Positions 31,944-41,653 of a stretch of 64,000 nucleotides of DNA are shown piece by piece; position 1 is the stretch's first letter; each line of letters begins with the position of its first letter. The notes beneath the pieces are model-generated. The model saw only the letters and a list, made by a program, of their open reading frames with translations. It was not told the DNA's origin and did not search any database. The stretch is from Oculatellaceae cyanobacterium bins.114 (lineage in GTDB: Bacteria; Cyanobacteriota; Cyanobacteriia; Elainellales; Elainellaceae): positions 49,119 through 113,118 of the forward strand of contig JANRJA010000193.1 in assembly GCA_033764315.1 (NCBI GenBank), given 5' to 3'. The translations under genes and the position numbers were made by a program.

Positions 31944-33323
31944 ATGGCTTACTACATCTCTCCTAGTTTTTTGGACAAGCTCTCTGTCCACATCACTAAA
32001 AACTATCTCAATATCCCTGGGGTAAAGGTTCCTTTAATCCTGGGTGTTCACGGACGCAAGGGAGAGGGCAAATCTTTTCAGTGCGAGTTGGTATATCAAC
32101 GCATGGGCATTGAGGTGGTGCATATGTCAGCCGGGGAGTTAGAAAGCCCCGATGCAGGTGATCCGGCTCGGTTGCTACGGTTGCGCTATCGCGAGGCCGG
32201 GGAATTGGTGAAGGTGCGGGGCAAGATGGCCGTGTTGATGATTAATGACATTGATGCTGGTATTGGGCGAGTGGATCAATACACGCAATACACCGTCAAT
32301 ACGCAGTTGGTCAACGCCACGTTGATGAAAATTGCCGATAACCCAACCAATGTCCAGCTTCCAGGCAGCTATGAGTTGGAGCCGAACCCACGAATTCCGA
32401 TTGTTTTGACGGGCAACGATTTCTCAACGCTGTATGCACCGCTGATCCGGGATGGGCGGATGGAGAAGTTTTTCTGGGAACCCGATCACGCCGATCGCAT
32501 TGGCATTGTCAGTGGCATTTTTGAGGTAGATGCGATCGCCCGTTCTGATATTGAGACGCTGGTCAATACGTTTGGCGATCAGTCGATTGACTTTTATAGT
32601 GCGCTGCGATCGCGCCTCTATGATGAACAGGTACGAAAATTCATCAACGAGGTTGGATTGGAGAAAATTTCCTTCCGTGTTGTCAATAGCAGCGAGACTC
32701 CACCTGAGTTTCACAAACCGGACTTTAGTCTGGCTCACCTGATTGAGATGGGCAATCGCTTAGTGAGAGAACAGCAGCGTATTCAAGAATTGCGACTTGT
32801 CGAAGAATATAACCGAGCCTTTCAAAACAGACGTTTAGGGGATGTCGATCGCCCAGTTCAATCAACGCCGCCAACCGCTTCAGCAGGACAAACTCCCCCA
32901 GCGGCCTCTGCCCCCAAAGAGCAGTACTTTACCTATTACGGCGATCGCCATTCAGAAAAGTCAGCCGATCGCAGCAATGGTCAATCTCAAGCCATCCCCA
33001 ATCCAACCGTTAGATCCCATCCAAAGCAAACCCAAGCAGAGCATCCGGGCAATGCCTCAGTCAATCAGCAAGCCAGTGCAGACGTCAGTCGCTTGATCAA
33101 TCAGGGTAATCGGTTGGGAATTGAGTATGTTGATAGCCGCCGATTTCGGATCGGTTCGTGGCAGTCCTTTGGCACTTTTCAACATCAGCAAGAGGCGATC
33201 GCGGCTCTCAATACTTGCTTGTCAGAACATCCCAACGATTACATTCGCCTCGTTGGAATTGACCCCACCAGTCGTCGTCGCATTGCAGAAATCATCGTGC
33301 AACGACCAGGAGTAAAAGGGTAG
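31944..33323 (+). CDS. rca: Rubisco activase-like AAA+ protein (Rca/Alc) with C-terminal RbcS-like (SSUL) domain
   Basis: GRKGEGKS, SAGELES, INDIDAG, YAPLIRDGRMEKF; C-terminal EYVD.RRFR..SW...YIRLVGID SSUL. Confidence 0.93.
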   Translation: MAYYISPSFLDKLSVHITKNYLNIPGVKVPLILGVHGRKGEGKSFQCELVYQRMGIEVVHMSAGELESPDAGDPARLLRLRYREAGELVKVRGKMAVLMINDIDAGIGRVDQYTQYTVNTQLVNATLMKIADNPTNVQLPGSYELEPNPRIPIVLTGNDFSTLYAPLIRDGRMEKFFWEPDHADRIGIVSGIFEVDAIARSDIETLVNTFGDQSIDFYSALRSRLYDEQVRKFINEVGLEKISFRVVNSSETPPEFHKPDFSLAHLIEMGNRLVREQQRIQELRLVEEYNRAFQNRRLGDVDRPVQSTPPTASAGQTPPAASAPKEQYFTYYGDRHSEKSADRSNGQSQAIPNPTVRSHPKQTQAEHPGNASVNQQASADVSRLINQGNRLGIEYVDSRRFRIGSWQSFGTFQHQQEAIAALNTCLSEHPNDYIRLVGIDPTSRRRIAEIIVQRPGVKG

Positions 33324-33409
33324 TGTGCCGTTGATTGAGTAAGGCAATCCATTCCAGTGATGTCCTTAAGTTGCACCTATCGAAACGTTATTCGTGAGGC
33401 AATAGGGTT

Positions 33410-34420
33410 TTGGTAAAGTTTCAACACGAACTCCTTCAACACCAAATCACCTTTAGTCTTGGTGAATCCCCTGCCTCACAAGTTCTTAGCCCAAACGGTA
33501 AATGGCTTGTCACAGGTAGTCTTAGGGGCGGGATGATTAAAATTTGGGATGTCCAAACTGGACACATGGAGCGTTCTTGGATCGCCATACCTCTCAGCCC
33601 ATACCCTTACATCAACGAAACGTCTCTCGAATATGGAATTACTGCTTTAGCAATCAGCCCTGACGGAAAAACACTCGTAACTGGTGGTAAAGCGTTAAAA
33701 ACATGGGAGTTTGAGACTGGGAAACAGATTCGGGTGTTTAAAGGATTCGGTAGCGGAGTGTCTTACATCACCATCAGTGCTAACGGAGAAATTTTGCTGA
33801 CTGATGGTAGTGCAGGTTCCTTAGCAGGGGCAATGAACATCTGGGATTTGCGCAGCGGGAAAAAAATCCGTCGAACTCTATCGGATGGAGGCTGGGTCAT
33901 TAGTCCAGATAGTACAGCAATTATTGGTTTTAGGATGGGTGAAAATGAAGAGCCTCCTAACCTTGTTAAAGTTTGGGACTTGATCACAGGTGAAAAACTG
34001 CGTGTTCTAGAGAATAGCGATGCAATTACACCAACACACTTCACATTTAGCCCAGATGGAAGATTAGTCGCAGGTGCGGGTGTTGACGGTATCAAGATTT
34101 GGAACTTTGAAACAGGTGAACAAGTTCAAAGAATCACCAAACACAAGAACGTTAGATTTCATGAGCATCTGGATCATGTGATGAGATGCGTCTTTAGCCC
34201 AGATGGAAAGGCTTTGTTAAGCAGTGGAGCTGACGGTTCAATTCAAATCTGGACTATAGAGACAAGTCAAAATATTGGAACTTTGCGGGCAGAGAACAGG
34301 ATTGGTTGGTTCGCTACAAGTGATGATGGTCAAGTTATTGTTGGAATAAGTGTAATCGATCAACATAACCGAGTTGTTGATGACCGAGTTGTTGAGGTAT
34401 GGAAAATACCATCTCAGTAA
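33410..34420 (+). CDS. WD40-repeat protein
   Basis: Repeated SPDG..L...IKIW(D/N) units. Confidence 0.88.
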   Translation: MVKFQHELLQHQITFSLGESPASQVLSPNGKWLVTGSLRGGMIKIWDVQTGHMERSWIAIPLSPYPYINETSLEYGITALAISPDGKTLVTGGKALKTWEFETGKQIRVFKGFGSGVSYITISANGEILLTDGSAGSLAGAMNIWDLRSGKKIRRTLSDGGWVISPDSTAIIGFRMGENEEPPNLVKVWDLITGEKLRVLENSDAITPTHFTFSPDGRLVAGAGVDGIKIWNFETGEQVQRITKHKNVRFHEHLDHVMRCVFSPDGKALLSSGADGSIQIWTIETSQNIGTLRAENRIGWFATSDDGQVIVGISVIDQHNRVVDDRVVEVWKIPSQ

Positions 34421-34607
34421 CGTAATTATGCTCCAACGCTGCGTTACAACAGTCTGAAGCAACTCAGCGTTACCATAAATGACGACTGACGATTGACAGT
34501 TGACACAGCACTATTTCCCTCTTCTTCAACAACCCGATCGCAGGAAGTAATTCAACTCAACCATCCCCCATCATGGTGAGTCTAAGTGAGAGCATGAGGA
34601 GAAGAGG

Positions 34608-35798
34608 GTGAGTCAGGGAAAAGTCAATGTATTGTTATTAGCCGCGTGTCAGGCTCTGGCAATGACGGGCAATATTGTGCTGTTTACGACAGCGGCAATT
34701 GTCGGAAATATTTTAACAGAGGATAAAACTCTGGCAACCCTACCGTTGGCGATTCAGCAAGCCGCAACGATGGTGGCAACCATTCCTGCCTCGCTGATGA
34801 TGAGACAGGTAGGACGACAAGCTGGATTTATGGTGGGAGTCCTGATCGGACTCGTTGGGGTGAGTTTAGGAGCTTACGCCATTATCACAGGACAATTTAG
34901 CCTGTTTTGTCTAGCCACGCTGCTGTTTGGGGTGTTTAACGGGTTTGCGACGTTTTATCGGTTTGCCGCGGCGGATGTTGCCCCAGAAGGTTTTCGCAGT
35001 CAGGCGATCGCCTTTGTTGTGGCGGGTGGCATTATCGCCGCTCTAGCAGGCCCAAGTCTCGCGACTTGGTCAAAAGATTGGCTGGGGCAAGAGTTTGCAG
35101 GGGGATTTGTGACGATCGCCCTGATCCAAATTATTTCGCTAGCACTGTTAGCCGCTGTAAACATTCCCACTGCCTTAAGTGAGCAAGAACGCAAAACCGA
35201 GGGACGACCTCTGGGAGCGATCGTGCGTCAACCCGTGTTTATCGTAGCGGTGTTGGGTAGCATGGTCGGCTATGGTGTCATGGCTTTAGTGATGACAGCC
35301 ACACCTCTGGCAATGGTAGGGTTTTCCCACGATTTTGCGGATGCCGCAACCGTAATTCAATGGCACGTTTTGGGTATGTTTGTGCCCTCTTTATTTACGG
35401 GTTATTTGATTGCCCGATTTGGCGTGCTCAACATCATCCTCAGTGGCATTTTGCTCAACGGCTTCTGCTTTGTCGTCAACCTCTCCGGCACCCACATGCT
35501 GCACTTTGGGGGAGGGTTGCTGTTATTGGGCATTGGTTGGAACTTTATGTATGTGGGGAGCACAACCTTGTTAACCGAAGCATACACCCCTGGTGAAAAA
35601 GCCAAAACCCAAGCTGTCCATGACTTTTTGATGTTTGCCTTTGTTGCCTTTGCAACCTTTTTGTCAGGAGGCTTGCTCAACCATTGGAGTTGGGCAGGGG
35701 TCAATTATGTCGGTGCCTTGATGATGCTGATGGTGCTCAGTTCCACGGTGTGGCTGCGGTGGCAGCGATCGCGCTCAGTCGTCAAGACCCTGGTGTAA
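34608..35798 (+). CDS. MFS transporter
   Basis: About 12 hydrophobic segments; GRQAGF, YRFAAAD, IQWHVLGMF. Confidence 0.9.
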   Translation: MSQGKVNVLLLAACQALAMTGNIVLFTTAAIVGNILTEDKTLATLPLAIQQAATMVATIPASLMMRQVGRQAGFMVGVLIGLVGVSLGAYAIITGQFSLFCLATLLFGVFNGFATFYRFAAADVAPEGFRSQAIAFVVAGGIIAALAGPSLATWSKDWLGQEFAGGFVTIALIQIISLALLAAVNIPTALSEQERKTEGRPLGAIVRQPVFIVAVLGSMVGYGVMALVMTATPLAMVGFSHDFADAATVIQWHVLGMFVPSLFTGYLIARFGVLNIILSGILLNGFCFVVNLSGTHMLHFGGGLLLLGIGWNFMYVGSTTLLTEAYTPGEKAKTQAVHDFLMFAFVAFATFLSGGLLNHWSWAGVNYVGALMMLMVLSSTVWLRWQRSRSVVKTLV

Positions 35799-36098
35799 AG
35801 GCTCTCGGTCACGCGAAATTGGATTCTCAATCCATTGGCGCAATTGCTCCTCAGTCGGAAATGCCACCTCTTGGTCAGTTAATGGGTGATAAGCACACCA
35901 GAGCCAATTTCCTCGGCGATCGCGCTCTTGCCAAACCCTCAACTCATGATTGGGCTGGAACCAAAGACTCATCCATTGCCACAGTGATTGTAATCTAGAA
36001 GTCTGATCGCTAGTGGAACACGGCGTTATCACAGAGGGCATTTCTACTGGAGTTGCACTCCGCGCCAACTGTCTCGTTAGCAAGGATTCGTTTCTCAT
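35775..36098 (-). CDS. Small conserved cyanobacterial hypothetical protein divergent from the LysR gene (ATG at 36098)
   Basis: WQ..DR.G..W.AY.P.T...F.TE..LR.WIE pattern; GGAGG SD upstream of ATG. Confidence 0.7.
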   Translation of the reverse strand: MRNESLLTRQLARSATPVEMPSVITPCSTSDQTSRLQSLWQWMSLWFQPNHELRVWQERDRRGNWLWCAYHPLTDQEVAFPTEEQLRQWIENPISRDREPLHQGLDD

Positions 36099-36167
36099 AT
36101 ATACCTCCTCAATCTGCTCCCAATCTAGCGATCGCCTGCAAAGAGAACCAACGACCAATTACATCAC

Positions 36168-36190
36168 TTCCATGTATGCTATGCATGGAA
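36168..36190. promoter_or_regulatory. Candidate LysR binding site
   Basis: TTCCATGTA-TGCTA-TGCATGGAA palindrome containing T-N11-A (36173/36185). Confidence 0.55.
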
Positions 36191-36348
36191 AAAAGAAGAA
36201 GGAAAAAAGAAGAAGGAAAAAAGAAGAATAAACTTAACATCTCCTTTTAAGTCTGGGTCTCTTGCCTTGTTCAACACACTTAATACTAATTTGAGTTATG
36301 AATGCGACACTTCAGATCCCCCTGCATCCGGCATCCCCCTTAATAAGG

Positions 36349-36596
36349 CTACCGTGTACACAGATCTCTATTTCCTTCCAAATTAGGTACAGGGTTGTTG
36401 CAAGCGTGTGAAAACTAGGCATTGGGGGAGTCTCCCCCAAACCTCCTAGCAGACGGTGTTTCGGTTCACCCAAAGACGCGCTTCGCATCGGTTTCAAGTT
36501 CGGGTGTTTTGGGTGGGAGCAAGACCCTTGACAAAGGCTCGAAGTCTCCCAAAGCTAGAAGATTTAGGGGCTAAGAGGACTTGGTGTACACAGTAG
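36349..36596. mobile_element. MITE with IS50-like ends and 10-bp target duplication
   Basis: TIR CTACCGTGTACAC...GTGTACACAGTAG; flanks CTTAATAAGG / CTTACTAAGG. Confidence 0.8.
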
Positions 36597-36805
36597 CTTA
36601 CTAAGGAGAACTAAGAGGGATTAGTTCAGGGCAATGATCTATCGAAGAGACTGCTTCAAGTGGTGTAACTATTGACCATTGACCAATCACTTAATTTTCT
36701 TCTCTTCTTTTTTTCTTTTTCTATTCACCTCAACTTATTTTTTTAAACACTACTGACTATTGACCAATAACTTAATTTTTTCTTCTTTCTTCTCTCTTTT
36801 TTCTT

Positions 36806-37699
36806 ATGAACCTCTCCCAGCTTCGAGCCGTGGTTGCAGTTGCCGATTGCCAAAACTTTAGCGAAGCCGCTCTATCGCTCAATTTGAACCAGTCTTCAAT
36901 CAGCTATGCGATCGCGGCTCTAGAAGACGAATTAGGGGTGCCCCTGTTTGTGAGAGGTCGGCACGGAGCCACAGTAACACCCGCAGGAGAAAAGATCACT
37001 CGCTATGCACGAGAAGTCTTGCATTTGATTGAGATGATGCAACGGGAGGCAAACTTGCAAAAAAGCTTGCAAGGGGGGCAGGTACGGATCGCAGCATTTC
37101 GCAGTATTGCCAGTCATATTCTTCCACCTGTCATTGTCCAGTTTCGGCAAGAGTTTCCCGGTGTCGAGTTGCAACTCGTCGAGGGCAATCATGGCAGCGA
37201 CATCGCAGCTGCCTTGCGAGAGCACCGAGCCGATATCGGGTTTATAGAACTGCCTACCTATGAAGAGTTTGATACCTGGGAATTCATGCGCGATGAATAT
37301 GTGGTGTTGTTGCCTCCGGGTGTTGCCCCCCGGTGTGATCTATTAACCTGGGATGAACTCGCTGCCTTGCCGCTGATTTTGCCACCTGCTCAATATGCCT
37401 GTGACCTTGCGCTACACAAACATTTAGAAGCCGTTGCCCCTCCATTAAATGTGGCTCACATCATCAATCAAGACTCGACCATGGTAAATATGGTGCGACA
37501 GGGGTTAGCAGCGGCGATCTTGCCTCGACTTGCAGCAGAACCAATTCCAGAGAGCATTCAAGTCTGTCCATTGCCTGTTCCGTTTGAGCGAGTGATCGGA
37601 GTTGCCACGCTCTCCAATACACTGCATGTTCCGGCTGTGTTTGCCTTTCTCAAACTGTTAAACCTTAAACCGATTCAAGCCCTCAAAACTGAAGAGTAA
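36806..37699 (+). CDS. LysR-family transcriptional regulator
   Basis: NFSEAA..L...QSSIS..I..LE.ELG..LF.R HTH; substrate-binding domain. Confidence 0.95.
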   Translation: MNLSQLRAVVAVADCQNFSEAALSLNLNQSSISYAIAALEDELGVPLFVRGRHGATVTPAGEKITRYAREVLHLIEMMQREANLQKSLQGGQVRIAAFRSIASHILPPVIVQFRQEFPGVELQLVEGNHGSDIAAALREHRADIGFIELPTYEEFDTWEFMRDEYVVLLPPGVAPRCDLLTWDELAALPLILPPAQYACDLALHKHLEAVAPPLNVAHIINQDSTMVNMVRQGLAAAILPRLAAEPIPESIQVCPLPVPFERVIGVATLSNTLHVPAVFAFLKLLNLKPIQALKTEE

Positions 37700-37724
37700 C
37701 TGTATGGCATTTTTGACTGGGGTT

Positions 37725-38558
37725 TTATGAGATGCCTTCTTTAATTAACCAGAGGATGGCTCCCATCACAACCAAGAATAAAAGTCCCACTAACCCTGAC
37801 AACGGTTTGCCACTTGACCCAGTTAACCAACTCCTGTCTGGATTGGGATAGGTGAGTCGTTGAGTTGAGTCGAGGGTGGCGATCGCCCAGATCCATCCAG
37901 CATGTAGCCCACATGCTAATCCTAAATGGCCGTGGTCTGCCCAACGCGCCAGTACTAGCACCATACCCAACAACCACAAGCCTGGTAATTGGGGTACTTG
38001 TTCCACCCCTTCCCAGACCAAATGCAACACGGCAAAAATGACACTGGCGATCGCCGCGGCTATCCAAAGAGAATAATCGTGTTGTAGTTGGTTGAGCAGA
38101 AATCCCCGAAAAATTAACTCTTCGGTGACGCTGATCCAGCTACCCAATGCCAGGGTTGAGAAGATGCTGAGAGATGAGACATTAGCCCCAGAAATAGAGT
38201 CCCACTGCACCCACCCCAACCCCCATTGCACCGCAAACAAGCCCCCCAGACTAATCACTCCCGCCCCAAGCCCAACACTAAAGGATGCCAAAACAGAGGC
38301 TTGCCACGGCAACCCATAAGCAGCAAAAGACTCGTTTTGCACCGTAGCCACACCCCACAACACCAGCGGAGCGAGCACATAGAGTGAGGCCAACAGCGGA
38401 ATTTTTTGAGCAGGGGCAATCGGGTGGGGAGGTTGCCATTTAAGAGCGATCGCCAGAGGAATGGCAATCGGCAACCAGAGCACCAACCAGATGCCAAAAA
38501 AAAGAGCGATCGCGAGTAAGGCAGGGGTTTCAGTAAATGCGGCTTTAAGCAGGGACAT
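37725..38558 (-). CDS. CPBP (CAAX/Abi) intramembrane metalloprotease (start 38558 or 38567)
   Basis: EELIFRG, FAVLH and GLHAGW motifs. Confidence 0.88.
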   Translation of the reverse strand: MSLLKAAFTETPALLAIALFFGIWLVLWLPIAIPLAIALKWQPPHPIAPAQKIPLLASLYVLAPLVLWGVATVQNESFAAYGLPWQASVLASFSVGLGAGVISLGGLFAVQWGLGWVQWDSISGANVSSLSIFSTLALGSWISVTEELIFRGFLLNQLQHDYSLWIAAAIASVIFAVLHLVWEGVEQVPQLPGLWLLGMVLVLARWADHGHLGLACGLHAGWIWAIATLDSTQRLTYPNPDRSWLTGSSGKPLSGLVGLLFLVVMGAILWLIKEGIS

Positions 38559-39453
38559 CGACTGCATAGATGACAAAATCAGCAAAATCGGTGTAAACAT
38601 CCGCTGGAGTTGCCCAAGATGGGTCTCCTCCGCCAAAAAAGGTAGAGAAGAAAATCCCATTAATCTGCAACGTATCCACACTGCGGAATGTTAACCCATC
38701 TTCGTCGAGCACTTGATCTCCGTCAAACCAGACTCGAATTTGCCCATCCGTTTGATTGACGTGGTTCAGCACGACTTCCTGCTCAATGCGATGCCACACT
38801 CCTGAGCGAAATCGCCACTCTCCCCGTCCCAGCGAGGTTCCATGTTCAGTGCTGGCAGGTAAGTAAGCATATACTTCTCCATCCCCTCGTTGTCGCCACA
38901 TGTAACGAGTTGAGAAGCCATCTGTGCCCGTGGGAATGACCCGACCACTGGCACCGTCACCCCCAAACAACCCTGGCAACTTGCCACCTTTGACAAAATC
39001 AAAATGATCTGAAAATCGAATATAGTAACTTAGCCGCAATGCCTCATGCGGTGAAATGCCCAGTTCGCCATAAAACTGTCCCCCACCCACAGGGGCACCA
39101 ATATTACGTGTAACAGTCGGGCTGGCTGATCCTGCTGGATAATTTGCCCGCAGCACCTGCGAAAACTGACCACTTCTGTCGGGCACCACTTCAAGATTTT
39201 CTAATCCCCAAAAATCGCGATCGCGCTTTTGCCAGTTATCCAGCCAGTTACTCTGATCGAAATCACTCCGCCACAGAATCGTTTGAGTACTAGCCTGAGT
39301 ATCGGACTCAGCAACCACAGCAGATGGCATCAGCGTAGGCGATTCACCTAAAACACGGGGCACCATACCTGCACACCCTACTAGAGTGAGCACCAGAGCG
39401 GTGACAAACAGAATGAGATAAGCGATCGCACTCCACTTAAAACGAAAGCTCAT
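38545..39453 (-). CDS. Polysaccharide lyase family 14-like protein, probable lipoprotein
   Basis: FDFVKGGKLPGL, FSTRYMWR, FSTFFGG; lipobox LVGC. Confidence 0.8.
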   Translation of the reverse strand: MSFRFKWSAIAYLILFVTALVLTLVGCAGMVPRVLGESPTLMPSAVVAESDTQASTQTILWRSDFDQSNWLDNWQKRDRDFWGLENLEVVPDRSGQFSQVLRANYPAGSASPTVTRNIGAPVGGGQFYGELGISPHEALRLSYYIRFSDHFDFVKGGKLPGLFGGDGASGRVIPTGTDGFSTRYMWRQRGDGEVYAYLPASTEHGTSLGRGEWRFRSGVWHRIEQEVVLNHVNQTDGQIRVWFDGDQVLDEDGLTFRSVDTLQINGIFFSTFFGGGDPSWATPADVYTDFADFVIYAVDVPA

Positions 39454-39790
39454 AGGATGTAAAAGAGAGGGAATTGGTGAGAGTTGAATAACTAATCGTT
39501 CTTAGAGTTGATTTGTCAACGAAAGGTCATGAGGCTTCCCCCAAAGGCTTAGGTCTAGCTCTCCAATACACTCAAACCATGAGCGTTGCCTTGATTGCCT
39601 TGATGTGATCAAACATGTGATCCCATGAACAAGGTCATGAGATGCACGTCGGATCAGTTTTGAAACACATCGACTGTAACAGATAGCAACAGTTCCCTAT
39701 GCTCTTCCTTAAGAGATAAGTCAAATAGTTTTTGTCATCGTAGGATAATTTGGATGCTACTTTGGATGCCCCTGTTTAGTTTGATAAACG

Positions 39791-40846
39791 ATGACGAATC
39801 TACCGCCCTCTGACCCCCAACCCTCCCGCCGCGATCGCGATGAAGTGATTGCGGTTGTCGTTGCATTTGCTGCAATCGGCTCAATCTTAGCGTGGGGCTT
39901 GACCCGCACCAACTCGGGGTTTGACCTGTTCAACACGCCTCTGATCTCAGGAGCGTTTTCTGGCTCTCCCTCCCCCAGTCCTCAGGTTGACCCATTCACA
40001 GCCTCCCCAACCCCCACATCCTCCACAGTGCCGTTTGTCACCCCTGAAGATGCAGAAGAGGGAGAAGATAGCCCCCGCCTCTTAACCACTGATGAAGAGG
40101 GACGGTTAGTTGATCCAACAAATCCATCTGGGGCGATCGTGCCTGTGCCCATTCCCAATCGAGGCGATCGCACTGACAGGCGCACCTCAGACACCACCGA
40201 AGCCGGAGTTGCCCCAGCCACCGTTGGGTCTGATCCTTCAGCCACCCCTTCTCCTGATGCAACCGCATTTCCTGACGTGCCCTCTAATTACTGGGCTTAT
40301 CCCTTCATCGTAGATCTATCCAATCGGGGAATTATTGCCGGAACCGAAGATGGCACCTTCCAACCCGATCAGCCCATCACTCGTGCTGAATATGCAGCAT
40401 TGCTGCAAAAAATGAATAATCCAGAACGGTTGAATTCCATTACGTTTAACGATCTTCCAGCAAACTATTGGGCAACGCCAGCGATCGACAATGCCATCAA
40501 AACAGGATTCATGCGCGGCTATCCCGGCAATGTGTTTCAACCCAACCAGCCGATTCCCCGGTTTCAAGTGCTGATCTCGCTGGTGAATGGGTTTGGTCTA
40601 TCGAACCCTACCAACCCTGACCCAATTGTGGCAAGCTTTAGCGATCGCGCCGAAATTCCCGACTATGCCATTCAACCTATAGCAGCTGCAACTCAGTCAG
40701 GGTTAGTCGTCAACTATCCTGAACGGGATCAACTGCAACCCAACCGCCCCATTACCAGGGCTGAAGTAGCAGCGATCGTCTATCAAGCGTTGGTGGCAAC
40801 CGAGCAGGCAGAACCGATTGAGTCAGAGTATGTGGTGAGACCATAG
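39791..40846 (+). CDS. Membrane-anchored S-layer homology (3x SLH) protein
   Basis: FPDV...YWA, G..DGTFQP...TRAE repeats; N-terminal TM. Confidence 0.9.
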   Translation: MTNLPPSDPQPSRRDRDEVIAVVVAFAAIGSILAWGLTRTNSGFDLFNTPLISGAFSGSPSPSPQVDPFTASPTPTSSTVPFVTPEDAEEGEDSPRLLTTDEEGRLVDPTNPSGAIVPVPIPNRGDRTDRRTSDTTEAGVAPATVGSDPSATPSPDATAFPDVPSNYWAYPFIVDLSNRGIIAGTEDGTFQPDQPITRAEYAALLQKMNNPERLNSITFNDLPANYWATPAIDNAIKTGFMRGYPGNVFQPNQPIPRFQVLISLVNGFGLSNPTNPDPIVASFSDRAEIPDYAIQPIAAATQSGLVVNYPERDQLQPNRPITRAEVAAIVYQALVATEQAEPIESEYVVRP

Positions 40847-41106
40847 CCCAAAAGCTCGTCTATCCAACTCTGTAAACCAAACATCACCTGATCGAGACCC
40901 GATCGCGGCTCCTGTTGGCAACTATTCTCATGGTCTTGAGATCACCCCAGGAGCACGATACCGGTTTGTTGTTATGTCTTCAAACACGAGCAGAGAACAT
41001 CTTGTTATAGAGGCGATCGCAACTAAAATAATCAACACCGCAAATACCCCAAACACATCCACAAATGAGATAGTTACTCTGTAGATTTTGGGAGAAGCGA
41101 TCGCTG

Positions 41107-41144
41107 GTAGTCCTTACTCAAAAACATTACTTTTAGAGGACTAC
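41107..41144. repeat. Internally deleted copy of the 22982 element
   Basis: GTAGTCCT.ACTCAAAAACATTACTTTTAGAGGACTAC matches both ends of 22982-23060. Confidence 0.7.
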
Positions 41145-41470
41145 ACGATCGCTTTAATGGGTGTTTGAAAGCCAACGAACCCTCTTTAATTTAAAGGGGC
41201 ATGAAAGCCAATGAAGGGGCTTTAAGAGACAACAAAGGGACTCTGAGTGACTTGAATCACACTCTAAGTGGCAATGAATATACTTTGATTTGCAACCACC
41301 AGATGTTTTATATCATCTCTGGTGCGATCGCCCTCGTGTTTGTTAAATAGAGTGCGATCGAATAATGCAGGAATGAAGAAAGATTTTGCCCATCCATCGC
41401 GATCGGCATATTATGCGGAAAGATTCTGCCTCAGATCCGAATTGAGAGTGTTATGCAGAATGTTTTTATA

Positions 41471-41563
41471 TATAGCAGTCCTAAATCATTTGTGGAATTA
41501 GCAGGTTGTGAGCGGCGCACCCCACCGGGGTGCGCCTCTCACAACTCATTTGGGATTGCTATA
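41471..41563. mobile_element. 93-bp TATAGC-ended MITE with internal hairpin
   Basis: TIR TATAGCAGTCCTAAAT / ATTTGGGATTGCTATA; second, inverted copy at 63919. Confidence 0.85.
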
Positions 41564-41653
41564 TCAGGCGTCATACAGTAGATAGGCAGAAGCTTTCCGT
41601 CTAACAATAGTTAAGTTATGGCGAGATCAAGCCCCTCTACTAGATAACCTACA

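Noticed and set aside
38559-38681. Long same-strand overlap of the CPBP ORF with the lyase
   Set aside because: The extension is an alternative frame of the conserved lyase C-terminus; downstream ATGs are more plausible
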